Of a stretch of 64,000 nt of DNA, positions 19,972-30,305 are shown in pieces. The notes beneath the pieces were generated by a model. That model was not told the DNA's origin, searched no databases, and saw nothing but the letters and a program-made list of their open reading frames with translations. Source of the DNA: a virus; IMG/VR virus record IMGVR_UViG_3300011115_000874, positions 1 through 64,000 of that record. One strand, 5' to 3'. The position numbers and the translations under genes are program-made. Each line of letters opens with the position of its first letter. Position 1 is the first letter of the stretch.

Positions 19972-20528
19972 TATGCTGGTAGTGTTTCTTCAGGTGCTTC
20001 TTCTGTAGGTGGGGTTTCTTCTGTTGATGCTTCAGGTGTTGTTTCATCTGCTGGCATCTCTCCTCCCATTGGTACTTCTCCTACTGGTGCGTCTTTATCT
20101 GGTTCTGCTCCTCCACCATAACGTAATATACGAGCTATAGCTGCTGCAGCACGTTGTTCTTCATTTAAACTAGCTAAATAGAATTTTTTACCTTCAACTT
20201 GAGCAATCCAAGAACGTTCAGTGTATATCAAATAAAAATGTTGGTCATTAGCTAACATAATTTTAAATGTAGTAGGACGAGGAGCTACCCACCATATATC
20301 AGATATAAAATCTCCATATTGGTCTGTGAGTAAATCTATTATGACTTCTTTTAGTTTAGGAAATTTAGCTAATACAGGGAATAATTCCTCCTCAAAATTA
20401 ACATCATCTGGTGTTACACCGAATGTATCTTCTTGAGCTTCTTCTGAATTTTCTCCTGCTTTTCTAGCAGCATAGACACGTTTAGCTATAGCCTGTATTT
20501 TATCTACTAGTTCTTTTCTACTTGCCAT
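19971..20528 (-). CDS. Hypothetical protein with acidic Pro-rich tail
   Basis: 185 aa; WVAPRPTTFKIML core. Confidence 0.6.
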   Translation of the reverse strand: MASRKELVDKIQAIAKRVYAARKAGENSEEAQEDTFGVTPDDVNFEEELFPVLAKFPKLKEVIIDLLTDQYGDFISDIWWVAPRPTTFKIMLANDQHFYLIYTERSWIAQVEGKKFYLASLNEEQRAAAAIARILRYGGGAEPDKDAPVGEVPMGGEMPADETTPEASTEETPPTEEAPEETLPA

Positions 20529-20529
20529 T

Positions 20530-21198
20530 TTATTTATCTAAAGTGTATTCAGTTTTTTCATCTATTCCTGGCTTATTAGCTGCTTGGAAACCTAAGTATT
20601 GACTAACTGACGCTATGTAGTCAGCGGCTTTAGTAATTTTACTTTGTACCCAAGCTTCTAATTGAGTATCATCATCTAGCATTTGCATTAACTCTTGAGA
20701 GTTTTTAACTAAACGATATAATTCAGACTTAGCCATTTCACCTTCATAGTCAACTTCTTCTTTAAGATCTACCCCACGTCCTTTTAATATATCCGCTTTA
20801 GTCACTTTACCATCACCTGTTAAATCAGGGAATTCTTTACTTTTTTTCTCACTTACAGGAGGTGTAGATAATTTTTTCTTAATTATATCTTTTAATTTAG
20901 TCTCACTCATAGTTTGTACTTGTTTTTTAGCTATATTAATTGCACGACCCCATAGTACATCTTCAGCGTTACTATTGTGGTTGGTAATAGCGTTTATTAT
21001 TGCTCCATCATCAGCTTTCATCGCTGAATATATGTCTTTTGCTCTGTCTTTAACAGCATCTGATAATCCTTCATTAATAGGTTCAGAAGCATATAATGCT
21101 TTCATATAAGCCTTAGCTTTTTTAACAGATGAAGAACATCCTTTCTTCTTACCTGTCTCTTTATTATAAACACATTTGCCTCTTAATTCGTATGGCAT
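20530..21198 (-). CDS. Modular putative head protein with EF-hand-like loop
   Basis: PDLTGDGKVTKADIL; DYEGEMAKSEL..AWVQSKITKAADYI; modules separated by INE and LKEE. Confidence 0.6.
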   Translation of the reverse strand: MPYELRGKCVYNKETGKKKGCSSSVKKAKAYMKALYASEPINEGLSDAVKDRAKDIYSAMKADDGAIINAITNHNSNAEDVLWGRAINIAKKQVQTMSETKLKDIIKKKLSTPPVSEKKSKEFPDLTGDGKVTKADILKGRGVDLKEEVDYEGEMAKSELYRLVKNSQELMQMLDDDTQLEAWVQSKITKAADYIASVSQYLGFQAANKPGIDEKTEYTLDK

Positions 21199-21218
21199 AT
21201 CTATTTATTTTAAAGTTA

Positions 21219-21237
21219 AGGGGAGCAATGCTCCCCT
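21219..21237 (-). terminator. Hairpin terminator
   Basis: AGGGGAGC-AAT-GCTCCCCT downstream of the Hc1-like gene. Confidence 0.7.
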
Positions 21238-21257
21238 ATAACTAAATTTTACAATTC

Positions 21258-21431
21258 TTATTTCGTTTTGTCTTCAGCAGTAGAAGCTTTACGGTATTCC
21301 GCAATTACCTTCTTAATCTCACCAGCTGTTTTGCGAGCACGTCCATGTGCTGCTTTGGCGGGTTTTGAGTGTTCTGCTACTAATAACTCGAATAACTCTT
21401 GCATTCTTTCTAATAACTCTTGACTGTTCAT
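21258..21431 (-). CDS. Histone H1-like (Hc1-type) small basic protein, 57 aa, not in ORF track
   Basis: MNSQELLERMQELFELLVAEHSKPAKAAHGRARKTAGEIKKVIAEYRKASTAEDKTK; KAAxxRARK..EYRKAS pattern. Confidence 0.75.
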   Translation of the reverse strand: MNSQELLERMQELFELLVAEHSKPAKAAHGRARKTAGEIKKVIAEYRKASTAEDKTK

Positions 21432-21454
21432 AGATTTTATTTGTTTGGTTTATA

Positions 21455-21808
21455 TTATGCTTGATCCTTGGTGATTTGTGTTTTCAAAAAGAATAAAGCG
21501 GTGTTTCCGATTTGGCGTACTAATTTATCTTTATTTTCTCCGTCTGGTAGTTGTTTAGCAGCGTCTAATGCTGTTTGTAAACCTTGACCAACTTGTTTTT
21601 CAACAGAATCACCACCCATATCTGCTCCCATATCAGCAGTAGGTTCAACATCTATATTATCTACAGGTGCTTCTTCAGCAGGTGCTTCTTCAGCATCCAC
21701 TTCAAGATCTAAATCTAAAGGAGGTAATTCGTCTTTTTTCTTTTTTTCAAATAAAGCAACTTCCTCTTTAATGATCTGTTGTATTAGTGATTTTAATTTA
21801 GTATTCAT
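21455..21808 (-). CDS. Acidic putative head-internal/scaffold-like protein
   Basis: KLKSLIQQIIKEE start, acidic linker; late motif upstream. Confidence 0.55.
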   Translation of the reverse strand: MNTKLKSLIQQIIKEEVALFEKKKKDELPPLDLDLEVDAEEAPAEEAPVDNIDVEPTADMGADMGGDSVEKQVGQGLQTALDAAKQLPDGENKDKLVRQIGNTALFFLKTQITKDQA

Positions 21809-21828
21809 TGTATTTTATTATAAATATG

Positions 21829-22047
21829 TTATTTCTTCATGGTTTTACACTCATAACATTTCTTTTTAGATAATGCTTCTTTAGCGATATTTTTAATCTT
21901 ATCTTGAAGATCTTGAGAAAGTTCAGATTGTTTTTCGTCCCATTCTTTGTCCCACTGTTGTAAAAATTTCTTATCCCAGTCTTTAGTACCAGCGTGTGTG
22001 TTGGTTTTTTTATTTTCAACTTCAGCCAATTTATATTTAAAAGCCAT
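21829..22047 (-). CDS. Hypothetical protein
   Basis: 72 aa; TAATG coupling with upstream gene. Confidence 0.55.
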   Translation of the reverse strand: MAFKYKLAEVENKKTNTHAGTKDWDKKFLQQWDKEWDEKQSELSQDLQDKIKNIAKEALSKKKCYECKTMKK

Positions 22048-22409
22048 TAATGTAAGTTTTGTAATTTGTAGATAGTTGATTTGATTAAATCTGTGATACC
22101 ATCTAGTAGATTTTGTATGTTAGTATCTTCAATTGATTGGTATACTTCATAGACTGCTTTACATAATGCGTCTAAGTATGCTATTACTTGTTGAACGTTA
22201 TTATATTCCATCAAGTTAAAATTAGAATATCCTTTTACAATACCATATTTACCTTGATATGCTTCTACAATACTATCAATTAATGGTACTATACCATCAT
22301 AGTAAACATTTAAAGCCATATGTTCTGCAAATGACTGTGTTTGTAGATGAAAAATGTGAGCTTGGGTACGAGAGTGAAATAAATACGATATTAGTTTTGC
22401 AAAATCCAT
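22047..22409 (-). CDS. Ferritin/Dps-like four-helix protein (DUF5856-like)
   Basis: QAHIFHLQT.SFAEHMAL..YYD..DSIVEAYQG.YG. Confidence 0.75.
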   Translation of the reverse strand: MDFAKLISYLFHSRTQAHIFHLQTQSFAEHMALNVYYDGIVPLIDSIVEAYQGKYGIVKGYSNFNLMEYNNVQQVIAYLDALCKAVYEVYQSIEDTNIQNLLDGITDLIKSTIYKLQNLH

Positions 22410-22434
22410 GTTTAATTTTAATTATAAATATCGG

Positions 22435-23004
22435 CTATTTTTTCAAGCTCTCAAGATATTTAATGGTTTCTTCTTTACTCTCAAGAAGTTTATGTTTAGC
22501 ATCACCAGACCAACGTTCCATATCACCTGCTTCAGTTATATATGAATCATTTTTAGTATCCATTTCTTCATCAATCCAAATATTAAATTCATGAATCATA
22601 CCATCAATATCTGAGTTACCTATGAATTTTTCATATTCTTCAAGTAATCCTTTTTTTCTAAGGTCATACTCGAAATCTACTTGGCAATTAAAACATCTTT
22701 TATATTGTAAGTAAAAGCGTTTATCTAAATGTGGTTTCATTACTTTACTACAACATGGGCAAAATAATGGTAAATTAATTTCTTTTTTAGCAGCATCTAA
22801 TTTGGTGATATTTTGTTTAACACCATTTTTAATAGTCCAAGTCCGATCATCTTCTTCCCATACATCACCTTCTTCATGATGTTCATGTTGTTTAGTATAA
22901 CCAGTACCTACAGTATTTTTCTCACCATATTTACCTTGCATAAGGTTACGAAGACGTTGTACGTCTTTTTCCTTAAATTCTTTTTTCAAAACATTTTCTG
23001 CCAT
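22435..23004 (-). CDS. Hypothetical protein with zinc-finger-like cysteines
   Basis: EGDVWEE..WTIKNG; CPCC..CFNC. Confidence 0.65.
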   Translation of the reverse strand: MAENVLKKEFKEKDVQRLRNLMQGKYGEKNTVGTGYTKQHEHHEEGDVWEEDDRTWTIKNGVKQNITKLDAAKKEINLPLFCPCCSKVMKPHLDKRFYLQYKRCFNCQVDFEYDLRKKGLLEEYEKFIGNSDIDGMIHEFNIWIDEEMDTKNDSYITEAGDMERWSGDAKHKLLESKEETIKYLESLKK

Positions 23005-23008
23005 AATA

Positions 23009-23461
23009 TTATTTTGATGGAACCTTTTCTATATCACATTTTATTTTAGCACTATCTAAAATTACTTTTAAATCATTCTCCATTTGAACTAAAGTAAGTG
23101 TATTTTTAGATTGAGGAAATCTTAAAGAATTACCTTCAACTTCAAAGTTAAACTTATTAGGATTTTTAAGATCTTCTTTAAATTTATTTATTTCAGTAGA
23201 GGTTTTTATAGGGAATGCTTTTCCTCTTTCTTTTTCTAGTGCTTTTCGTTTTGCTGGGTTTTGAGGACCAAAGTATTTTTCTAGGTCTGATTTAGAAATT
23301 TTAGCAAATAATTTTTCGTAGTTTTTAGGATTTTTAATAGCCTTTTCTACATCTTCAACTGTTGCGTTAGTTGGAGTTAACAATAAATCATTTGTTTGTT
23401 TATTAATTGAAAATGTTGCTTCTTCTTCATTTTCCATTAGTCTTACTAAACTGTATTTCAT
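23009..23461 (-). CDS. Hypothetical protein
   Basis: 150 aa; MKYSLVRLMENEE start. Confidence 0.55.
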   Translation of the reverse strand: MKYSLVRLMENEEEATFSINKQTNDLLLTPTNATVEDVEKAIKNPKNYEKLFAKISKSDLEKYFGPQNPAKRKALEKERGKAFPIKTSTEINKFKEDLKNPNKFNFEVEGNSLRFPQSKNTLTLVQMENDLKVILDSAKIKCDIEKVPSK

Positions 23462-23958
23462 AGTCCTAGTTCTTTTAATTGTTTAATTGTATCCGCAGCT
23501 GATGTATGTAGTATTCCTATTCCACCTTTGTCTCTCCATTGTTGAATATTTTTTTCCATATCATCAATAAGTATTTTATTCTCCCCAGCATATTTTTGTT
23601 TAAACTTAGCTGGTGTCAAAATCATTTTAGCATCAGGTAAGTTATTTTTCTTCCATACTCGTTTACCTATTCTAGATGACTCTTCTTGTGAGGGTGCTGA
23701 TAATAATGTTGGGTTAAATGGTTTAATATAATTCCATAATGTTTGTCCATCAGGTAACCATTTTAATTTAATCCAAAATGAAGCTCCCATTTTATGTATT
23801 GGTTCCCAAAATTCTGCTCCTTCACCTGCAGCAGACATTGGTTTGCCTGTTGCTTCTTCATAACCTTTTTCAAAATCAACTAACACACCATCTAAATCAC
23901 AATAGATAGTATACTTGTTGTTTTCAACTTCTTCTAATAACTCTTTTAATTTAATCAT
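23458..23958 (-). CDS. HAD-family 5'(3')-deoxyribonucleotidase-like protein
   Basis: YCDLDGVLVDF motif I, LIDD motif IV; MIKLKELLEE leader. Confidence 0.85.
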   Translation of the reverse strand: MIKLKELLEEVENNKYTIYCDLDGVLVDFEKGYEEATGKPMSAAGEGAEFWEPIHKMGASFWIKLKWLPDGQTLWNYIKPFNPTLLSAPSQEESSRIGKRVWKKNNLPDAKMILTPAKFKQKYAGENKILIDDMEKNIQQWRDKGGIGILHTSAADTIKQLKELGL

Positions 23959-25240
23959 TTCCTTTTATTGAATTTTCCCAACCTCTAAATAATAAACCAT
24001 TACCATATTCATACGCTTCACGTTCTAATTCTTTTAAATAATCGTCTTCATTTATGTTATGTCCTTCTATATTTTGTAACTTTCCTTCAAGATTTTGTTT
24101 ATGATGTACCATTTCATGAGCAAAAGAGCGCAATATATCTTTAGGATGACGTTTTAGTGTGTATAACGTGATTGACTTGTCATTTGGGTTATAATACGCT
24201 GTTTTGCCGAAGAAATCATCAGCGTTCTTAGTATCATCATCAACAAAATTAACATCAGGTAATGGTTCAATATTAATATGACCAATCATATAGCTTGTTA
24301 ATGATACTAATTTTTCTATAAAATCAGTGTCATGTTCTAGACCTTTTTTACTAATGTTAGATATTACTATTTTATCTTTATCTTTATCAACTTTAAAACC
24401 TGATGGTGATAGATTTTTATAATAATTTTTATAATAATCTACTTTAGTAGGTTCTGATGATATGTTTATGTCTAACTGTTTATTTTGGAGTGGCTCAAAG
24501 AAATTATTTGTTTCTTTTTTAGGTGTATTATCATGTCCACATTTATGACACATAAATAAATCATTACCACCATCTTTTATTTTCCAAGTCCAACCACAAC
24601 CATCACAAACTATACTATCACCTTCTATAGATTCTTCAACCCAAGTTGTTATTTCTTCACTCTCAGACATTGGATTAAGTATATTAAATACTTCATCTTG
24701 TTCTTTAGGTTCTAATTCATCTGGTAGGTAATTAAATAATGATTCTTTATCTGTTAATACTTGTCTAGCTTTAGTACCACTAACATCATTAGCAGTAACA
24801 ATATTAATTGCTTCTAAATTATCACGAGTATCTGTTGCTTTAGAACGTTTTTCAAAATCTTCAAAATCTTGGTTGCTACCTTGTCTAGATCCTAAAAACC
24901 ATTTAATATCTTCAAATGGATGTTCTTTAGTGTATCTATAAATTGAAGATACAGGATTAGGTGATGCTTCAATTTTAACATTATCTGGTAAGTATTTTTT
25001 ATATATGTTCCAAATTGCTAATGATTGATCTTGAGTAATGTTTGATCTTCCACCTCCTGTTCCAACAAATATAATAAATTTGTTTGGATTATATTTTTCT
25101 ATAGCTTGTTTAACTACCTCAAAATGACCCTTAGTTGGTGGTTGAAACCCACCACCAAACAAACCTACAGTTTTTCCTTCACCTAAAGAATCAACCTCAG
25201 TTAAAAATGGTAATATAAGTGATTTAACTAATGAGTTCAT
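23951..25240 (-). CDS. HIGH-type nucleotidyltransferase fused to a Zn ribbon and HExxH metallopeptidase-like domain
   Basis: GGGFQPPTKGH, VSGTKAR; CDGC..CHKC; RSFAHEMVHHKQ..EREAY. Confidence 0.75.
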   Translation of the reverse strand: MNSLVKSLILPFLTEVDSLGEGKTVGLFGGGFQPPTKGHFEVVKQAIEKYNPNKFIIFVGTGGGRSNITQDQSLAIWNIYKKYLPDNVKIEASPNPVSSIYRYTKEHPFEDIKWFLGSRQGSNQDFEDFEKRSKATDTRDNLEAINIVTANDVSGTKARQVLTDKESLFNYLPDELEPKEQDEVFNILNPMSESEEITTWVEESIEGDSIVCDGCGWTWKIKDGGNDLFMCHKCGHDNTPKKETNNFFEPLQNKQLDINISSEPTKVDYYKNYYKNLSPSGFKVDKDKDKIVISNISKKGLEHDTDFIEKLVSLTSYMIGHINIEPLPDVNFVDDDTKNADDFFGKTAYYNPNDKSITLYTLKRHPKDILRSFAHEMVHHKQNLEGKLQNIEGHNINEDDYLKELEREAYEYGNGLLFRGWENSIKGND

Positions 25241-26034
25241 TTAATAAAATTATTAACAATAGTAGGTAATTGCTTACTATCTATAGGATTTAATTTAGAT
25301 TGAATATCCCCGTAAGTATTAGCTATTTTATCGATATTTTGATAAAGTTGTTGTTTTGTTTTTTCTCTTGACTTTTCTCTCTTTTCTTTCTCTTCAGGTG
25401 ATAAATCTGTGTCATCTTTTCTGAATGAAGATGTGAATTGACCTGTAGATAATAAGTTGTCGAAATATTCTTTTAAAGTACCATCTTGATATGCTTTTTC
25501 GAAATTAGCAATTTCTGTTGCTTCTTCTGGTCCTGATGGTGTATTTACTAAAACAAAATTGTCTCCAAATATATTTTTGTATTCATCTAATAAGTTGTAA
25601 ACATTACCCCAAGTACCTAAAACACCGGCTGCTGGTACTTTACGTTCGCGCTTATAGTTTCTTAAGAATGATACTATAGGATGAGCATAAACCATTATCA
25701 TCATTACATCATATCCACCTTCATTTAACATATCTAATGTTGGTTGAAGGGTAGATAAATTAGAAGCAGTAGTATCGTAAATTAAATTACGTTTAGCTTC
25801 TATAGCGCTTGGTAAATCTCTTTTTCTTATTTGAGTTGATGCGGCTGATAAATTACCAAACATAGGTGAGTCTTTATCTTCTACATATTTGTCAGCATTT
25901 AGATTTTCAAATCCACTTAATTGTGACTCAATTGTTTTTAATATTGTTGATTTACCTACTGACGCTCCTCCAGCCATTATGATGGCTTTTGGTTTATTTT
26001 GTACTTCTTTTAATAGATCCGTTAGTTTTATCAT
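25237..26034 (-). CDS. Zeta-toxin-like P-loop kinase
   Basis: Start reassigned to MIKLTDLLKE; AGGASVGKS, NAD, IYDTT, RNYKRERKVP. Confidence 0.7.
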   Translation of the reverse strand: MIKLTDLLKEVQNKPKAIIMAGGASVGKSTILKTIESQLSGFENLNADKYVEDKDSPMFGNLSAASTQIRKRDLPSAIEAKRNLIYDTTASNLSTLQPTLDMLNEGGYDVMMIMVYAHPIVSFLRNYKRERKVPAAGVLGTWGNVYNLLDEYKNIFGDNFVLVNTPSGPEEATEIANFEKAYQDGTLKEYFDNLLSTGQFTSSFRKDDTDLSPEEKEKREKSREKTKQQLYQNIDKIANTYGDIQSKLNPIDSKQLPTIVNNFIK

Positions 26035-26087
26035 CTTGCTAAATATAATAAAAAAATTTGGCAAAGCCAAACATTTTATCATAAATA

Positions 26088-26858
26088 TTACAAGTCTTCT
26101 CGTTTTGCGGTAGTTCTAAACGACTCAAATATAGGTGCTGATTTAGGATTTTCAAGATCAAATAACTTACGTACTGTTTTAAATATTTCTAAATTTTCTT
26201 CAAATGTACGTTCTGATCCAGCTATTTCCCATCCTTTACCTTGCATTTTTTCTTTACTAGCCTTACGTTTAGATGATTTCAACCATAATACAGCAGCGTG
26301 ATCAGCTTCTAAACCATAGCATTCTTTGTAACATTGTTTGTAAACAGCTGTTTGCAATTCATATACTGTTTGTAAATGGTTAGATGTCTTAAAGTCAATA
26401 ATCCATAACTCACCATCAATTTCGCAAACTAAATCACATGTACCAGCTACTTTTAATTCATCTGAAAATAAATGTACTTCTGTTTCTATTAATTTAGGTT
26501 TGTATGTTTCCCAAAAGTCTACAAAACGTAAGAACATAATCCAAACATTTGGATCATATTGTGGTACACCATATGAACTTAAAAATGTTAATTCTTCACC
26601 GTTTAAGTATTCCTCAATCATTTCATGAGTTTGAGTACCATCTTCAGCTGCTTTCTTAACTATATATTCTGATGCATAACCTACTTTCTTTAACCAATCT
26701 TCAAAATGTTTACCTTTAGGGTAAGTACCTAATACATAAGTAACAGATGGGTAATAATCACTATTTCTTCTATAGTATCTAGAATCTGGTAGTGTTATTT
26801 GTTTATGGTCATCAGAAATTTCTAATATACGTTTATACGAGTGCTTTATTTTGCTCAT
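26088..26858 (-). CDS. PD-(D/E)XK exonuclease
   Basis: YPSVT, GTQTH, E..AGTCDL..IIDFKTS, LQTAVY. Confidence 0.85.
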   Translation of the reverse strand: MSKIKHSYKRILEISDDHKQITLPDSRYYRRNSDYYPSVTYVLGTYPKGKHFEDWLKKVGYASEYIVKKAAEDGTQTHEMIEEYLNGEELTFLSSYGVPQYDPNVWIMFLRFVDFWETYKPKLIETEVHLFSDELKVAGTCDLVCEIDGELWIIDFKTSNHLQTVYELQTAVYKQCYKECYGLEADHAAVLWLKSSKRKASKEKMQGKGWEIAGSERTFEENLEIFKTVRKLFDLENPKSAPIFESFRTTAKREDL

Positions 26859-27784
26859 ACTAATTGGAGTTTTTTCTCAAATAGACTTGAGAATGTTAAT
26901 GGAACAGTATGTTGGATTAGATTTGTAAAATTTTCAAATCCCATTTCACCAGGATCTTTATCTTGCATATCTACCAAATATACTTCTTTACCTTCATTGA
27001 TCAGCTCCTCACAGAATGATAGAGCCTGTTTAATAGCATCTTTATCTAATGCTATATATATTTTTTGTACTTTAGAAGTAACTAATTTTTTTCTTAAGTT
27101 TTGTTGGATATTTTTACCTAACAGTGGGATAACATTACGTTTAATAGCAAGTGCATCAAATGGTCCTTCACATAATATAATTGGTATATTCCAGTTAATA
27201 AACAACTCAAACGGTATTATATCGCGAGATACATCTGGGTTTTTATATTTTATAGATGAGTTTTTATCAAAACTACGAGCAGTAAAATAATTTAAAATTC
27301 CATCTTTATCATATGATGGTACTACAATACAGTTGTTATATTGGCCAGATTCACAATAACCTATATTGTATTTAATAATGTCGTTAGATGTAACTTGTCT
27401 GCGTTTTAAATAGCTGATTGCGTGCTTATATGCGATGCTATTATATTGGTTTGACAGTGGTTTAAATTCTTTAGGTAATTCTACTTTTTTATCAACTACT
27501 ACTGTTTCTACACCTGATGTGTATTTTACTAGTGATTTTAGTTCATTTATTTTTTCAGCAGTTACCTCTATTAACTTAAATAGTTTAACTAAGCTTTTAC
27601 CTCTTTTATCACACACCCAACAATGCCATGGATGTTCACCTTTTTCATTCTCAGATAAATTAACTTCAAGTTTAGGCTTATGATGATTACAGAATGGACA
27701 ATGGTAAGCAAAATTACCTTTAGAGGTAGACTTACCAGTACCTAAAACAGAATTTATTGTTGCTACTAAAGCTTGATTTACCAT
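26855..27784 (-). CDS. dnaG: DNA primase
   Basis: CPFC..HCWVC zinc finger; CEGPFDA and LDKDA TOPRIM motifs; KDP. Confidence 0.9.
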   Translation of the reverse strand: MVNQALVATINSVLGTGKSTSKGNFAYHCPFCNHHKPKLEVNLSENEKGEHPWHCWVCDKRGKSLVKLFKLIEVTAEKINELKSLVKYTSGVETVVVDKKVELPKEFKPLSNQYNSIAYKHAISYLKRRQVTSNDIIKYNIGYCESGQYNNCIVVPSYDKDGILNYFTARSFDKNSSIKYKNPDVSRDIIPFELFINWNIPIILCEGPFDALAIKRNVIPLLGKNIQQNLRKKLVTSKVQKIYIALDKDAIKQALSFCEELINEGKEVYLVDMQDKDPGEMGFENFTNLIQHTVPLTFSSLFEKKLQLV

Positions 27785-27786
27785 AC

Positions 27787-28254
27787 TTACAATATATCAA
27801 TAGGACTTGGAGTCGCCAAATCTTTCTTAAAATATCGTCCTTGTATATTATCATTATAGCTATTTGTTTCTAAACATCCAGTCACAAACTGATATTTAGC
27901 TTCGAGGTATGATAGATGTTTTGATGTCCATGCTAGGTCTAGTATTTCTCTATAAAATTTGTCTTCACCTAAACGTGATACATCTTCTAGTAATGGTTTA
28001 CAACTACCCCAATATGTTTTCCAATCTGATTCAGCGTATGATACTTCTTTAGTTTTCTTACGGCCAGGACCAGTTTGTTCAGCTATAGCTTTCTTACCTA
28101 GTTTTTTAGTCTTTTTATGTTGTAAGAATTTTTTACCAATGTATATTCTACCATCAATAGTATTAGAAATAAGATAAACAAACCCAAATGGAGTTTGTTC
28201 ACCAAAGTCTTCTATATTTTCAATTTTATTACCTTTATATAACCAATTTATCAT
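27787..28254 (-). CDS. GIY-YIG endonuclease
   Basis: GFVYLISN..RIYIGKK, YWGS, E..YN motifs. Confidence 0.8.
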   Translation of the reverse strand: MINWLYKGNKIENIEDFGEQTPFGFVYLISNTIDGRIYIGKKFLQHKKTKKLGKKAIAEQTGPGRKKTKEVSYAESDWKTYWGSCKPLLEDVSRLGEDKFYREILDLAWTSKHLSYLEAKYQFVTGCLETNSYNDNIQGRYFKKDLATPSPIDIL

Positions 28255-28258
28255 AATC

Positions 28259-29215
28259 TTATTTATCTATATTAACTAATATTGTTGTGTCAGTTGTTCG
28301 ACTTGTTGGTAATGGTTGACCTAATTTGGCTACCATTAATAACTCTTGAGCTTCATTATAAAATCCTACAGTTGTGACATATGGACTAAAATATGAACCT
28401 GTTACAAAATTATAAACTGTACCTTCTGTAGAACCTGATATTAATGATGGATTTAAACTAAAATTAAATTCCTCAGGTCTAATAGTACATTTGTATTGTG
28501 TCTCATATATTGTTCTTGAACTTTGGAAACTGCAAGTAACATTATTATCTTGGAATAAACATTCATCTATATTTATCCCCATATTATATGGAAATATTAT
28601 AGTGCCATGACTATAGTTTATAATTCCTATAGCTAGAGAGCTAGATATTAATATTCCTTCTCCATTATCTGTAACTGTAATAAACTCTCCTGGGGTTGCG
28701 GGTGCTTGTTCTAGTCTTAAATAGAAAGTATTTGGGTTTATATAATCTCCAAATAAATCTCTAGGTATAGATAACATAACAAAACCAGCTAAATCAAAAT
28801 ATCTACTAAATCCATAGTTAGAAGTATACCCAAATGAATTAGTTTGGAATAATGTTGTAGATTCATAATTATAAAATCTACTATAAACATTAGTTCTAGA
28901 ATCATCTTCAACTACTTGTCCTAGATAATTAGTAACATAAGGTGAACCACTAATTGGGTTAGGGATATAATTAGTATAATATAACTGTTTTACAGAATTA
29001 TATAACCCTCCCATAGATATTGAAGAACTTACTGCTGGGTTTATGTAAGAAGCAGAAATAAAGAAGTTAGAGGAACTTTTATTAAAATTTATTCCTGTTA
29101 ATTCAATAACCCCAGCATTAATTAAAGACGCAGTACCCTCAAAAGAAAAACTTTTGTTAACAACTAACGGAGATACAATGACATCCGTGCTTAGAAATTG
29201 TTTGTAAGCACTCAT
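28259..29215 (-). CDS. Structural protein (baseplate/tail), paralog of the next gene
   Basis: EFNFSLNPS..PYVTTVGFYNEAQELLMVAKL; Ser/Thr-rich. Confidence 0.65.
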   Translation of the reverse strand: MSAYKQFLSTDVIVSPLVVNKSFSFEGTASLINAGVIELTGINFNKSSSNFFISASYINPAVSSSISMGGLYNSVKQLYYTNYIPNPISGSPYVTNYLGQVVEDDSRTNVYSRFYNYESTTLFQTNSFGYTSNYGFSRYFDLAGFVMLSIPRDLFGDYINPNTFYLRLEQAPATPGEFITVTDNGEGILISSSLAIGIINYSHGTIIFPYNMGINIDECLFQDNNVTCSFQSSRTIYETQYKCTIRPEEFNFSLNPSLISGSTEGTVYNFVTGSYFSPYVTTVGFYNEAQELLMVAKLGQPLPTSRTTDTTILVNIDK

Positions 29216-29218
29216 TCA

Positions 29219-30289
29219 TTAAAAGTCTAATTTAACACGTATTAATGCCTCTTTTGTAAAATCTTTCTTAAGTGGTTTAGATAATTTAGCTACTGCTAAT
29301 AATTCATTTGAATCATTATACATTCCTACTGTTGTGATATAAGTAGTTGGACTATTAATAAATAAATCATATAGTACAGCTCCTGTGCTACCCGATATAA
29401 AACTTGGATTTTCAGTGTAGTTAAATTCAGCATTTCTTGCTCTACAAAATACAAAATCTGAAGTTATTGTTTCATTACTATTTAATGAGAAACTGCTTGT
29501 TATAGATCCTGTAGTTAGTCCTCTTGTTCCACTACCTGTTGAGAATAAACGAGCTGGGTTTGCAGCGTTAACATTTGATGTTCTTACTGTGTTTAAAGCA
29601 ATACCTCCACTAGCATGTGGTAAATCTAAAGCAGATGCATTTAATATAATAGTTCCAATATCTGGTAAAAATAAACCATATGATCCTGAGATAGTCATAC
29701 CATTACTTACTGCTCCTAAAGCACTATTTGCTGTTGATACAGCTGTTCCATAACTTCCTGATACTATTTGGAATACTCGACCTGCATCACAATATGTAAT
29801 AGTAGTTGTATCTAAACTATTATCTGTTAAAGTAATTGATTTAGAAGAAGAATATAATGTTAGGTTTAATGATCCTGGGAATAATGATTCTTTAAATCTT
29901 GCTCTATCAATTGTTATAGAATAGAAATCTTGTTGTGATGGAGTAACTGATGAGAATGAAAATTGAGTGTTTTCATCTCCATAAATTAAATTACGGAATT
30001 GACCATATATTGTTCTAGAAGGAGATAATCCATTTATACCAGCATCATATAATAATGAACCAGATCCAAATATGTTACCATATGCTATATTAAATTGTAT
30101 TTCAGATGAAACATCTGTTAAAGGATTAGTGTTATATACATTTAAGTAATAATTACCTGATGTTCCAACTGCTTGAACAGATGATGTGTATAGAGCAGTT
30201 ATAGGATTAGCATTACCAGTCCAACATGGAGCTGTTATAGTATCAGCACTAACTAAGAAATCTTGAGGGTCTAAGGCTTTATATGACAT
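29219..30289 (-). CDS. Structural protein (baseplate/tail)
   Basis: EFNYTENPS..TYITTVGMYNDSNELLAVAKLSKP, similar to tail-collar attachment domains. Confidence 0.65.
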   Translation of the reverse strand: MSYKALDPQDFLVSADTITAPCWTGNANPITALYTSSVQAVGTSGNYYLNVYNTNPLTDVSSEIQFNIAYGNIFGSGSLLYDAGINGLSPSRTIYGQFRNLIYGDENTQFSFSSVTPSQQDFYSITIDRARFKESLFPGSLNLTLYSSSKSITLTDNSLDTTTITYCDAGRVFQIVSGSYGTAVSTANSALGAVSNGMTISGSYGLFLPDIGTIILNASALDLPHASGGIALNTVRTSNVNAANPARLFSTGSGTRGLTTGSITSSFSLNSNETITSDFVFCRARNAEFNYTENPSFISGSTGAVLYDLFINSPTTYITTVGMYNDSNELLAVAKLSKPLKKDFTKEALIRVKLDF

Positions 30290-30305
30290 TTTTTATAATA
30301 TTTTA

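Noticed and set aside
25237-26034. Zeta/epsilon toxin-antitoxin system
   Set aside because: No antitoxin-like partner is evident; only the P-loop kinase fold is supported
26088-26858. Cas4 as evidence of a CRISPR system
   Set aside because: Lacks the Cas4 four-cysteine cluster pattern; sits next to primase as a typical phage PD-(D/E)XK exonuclease
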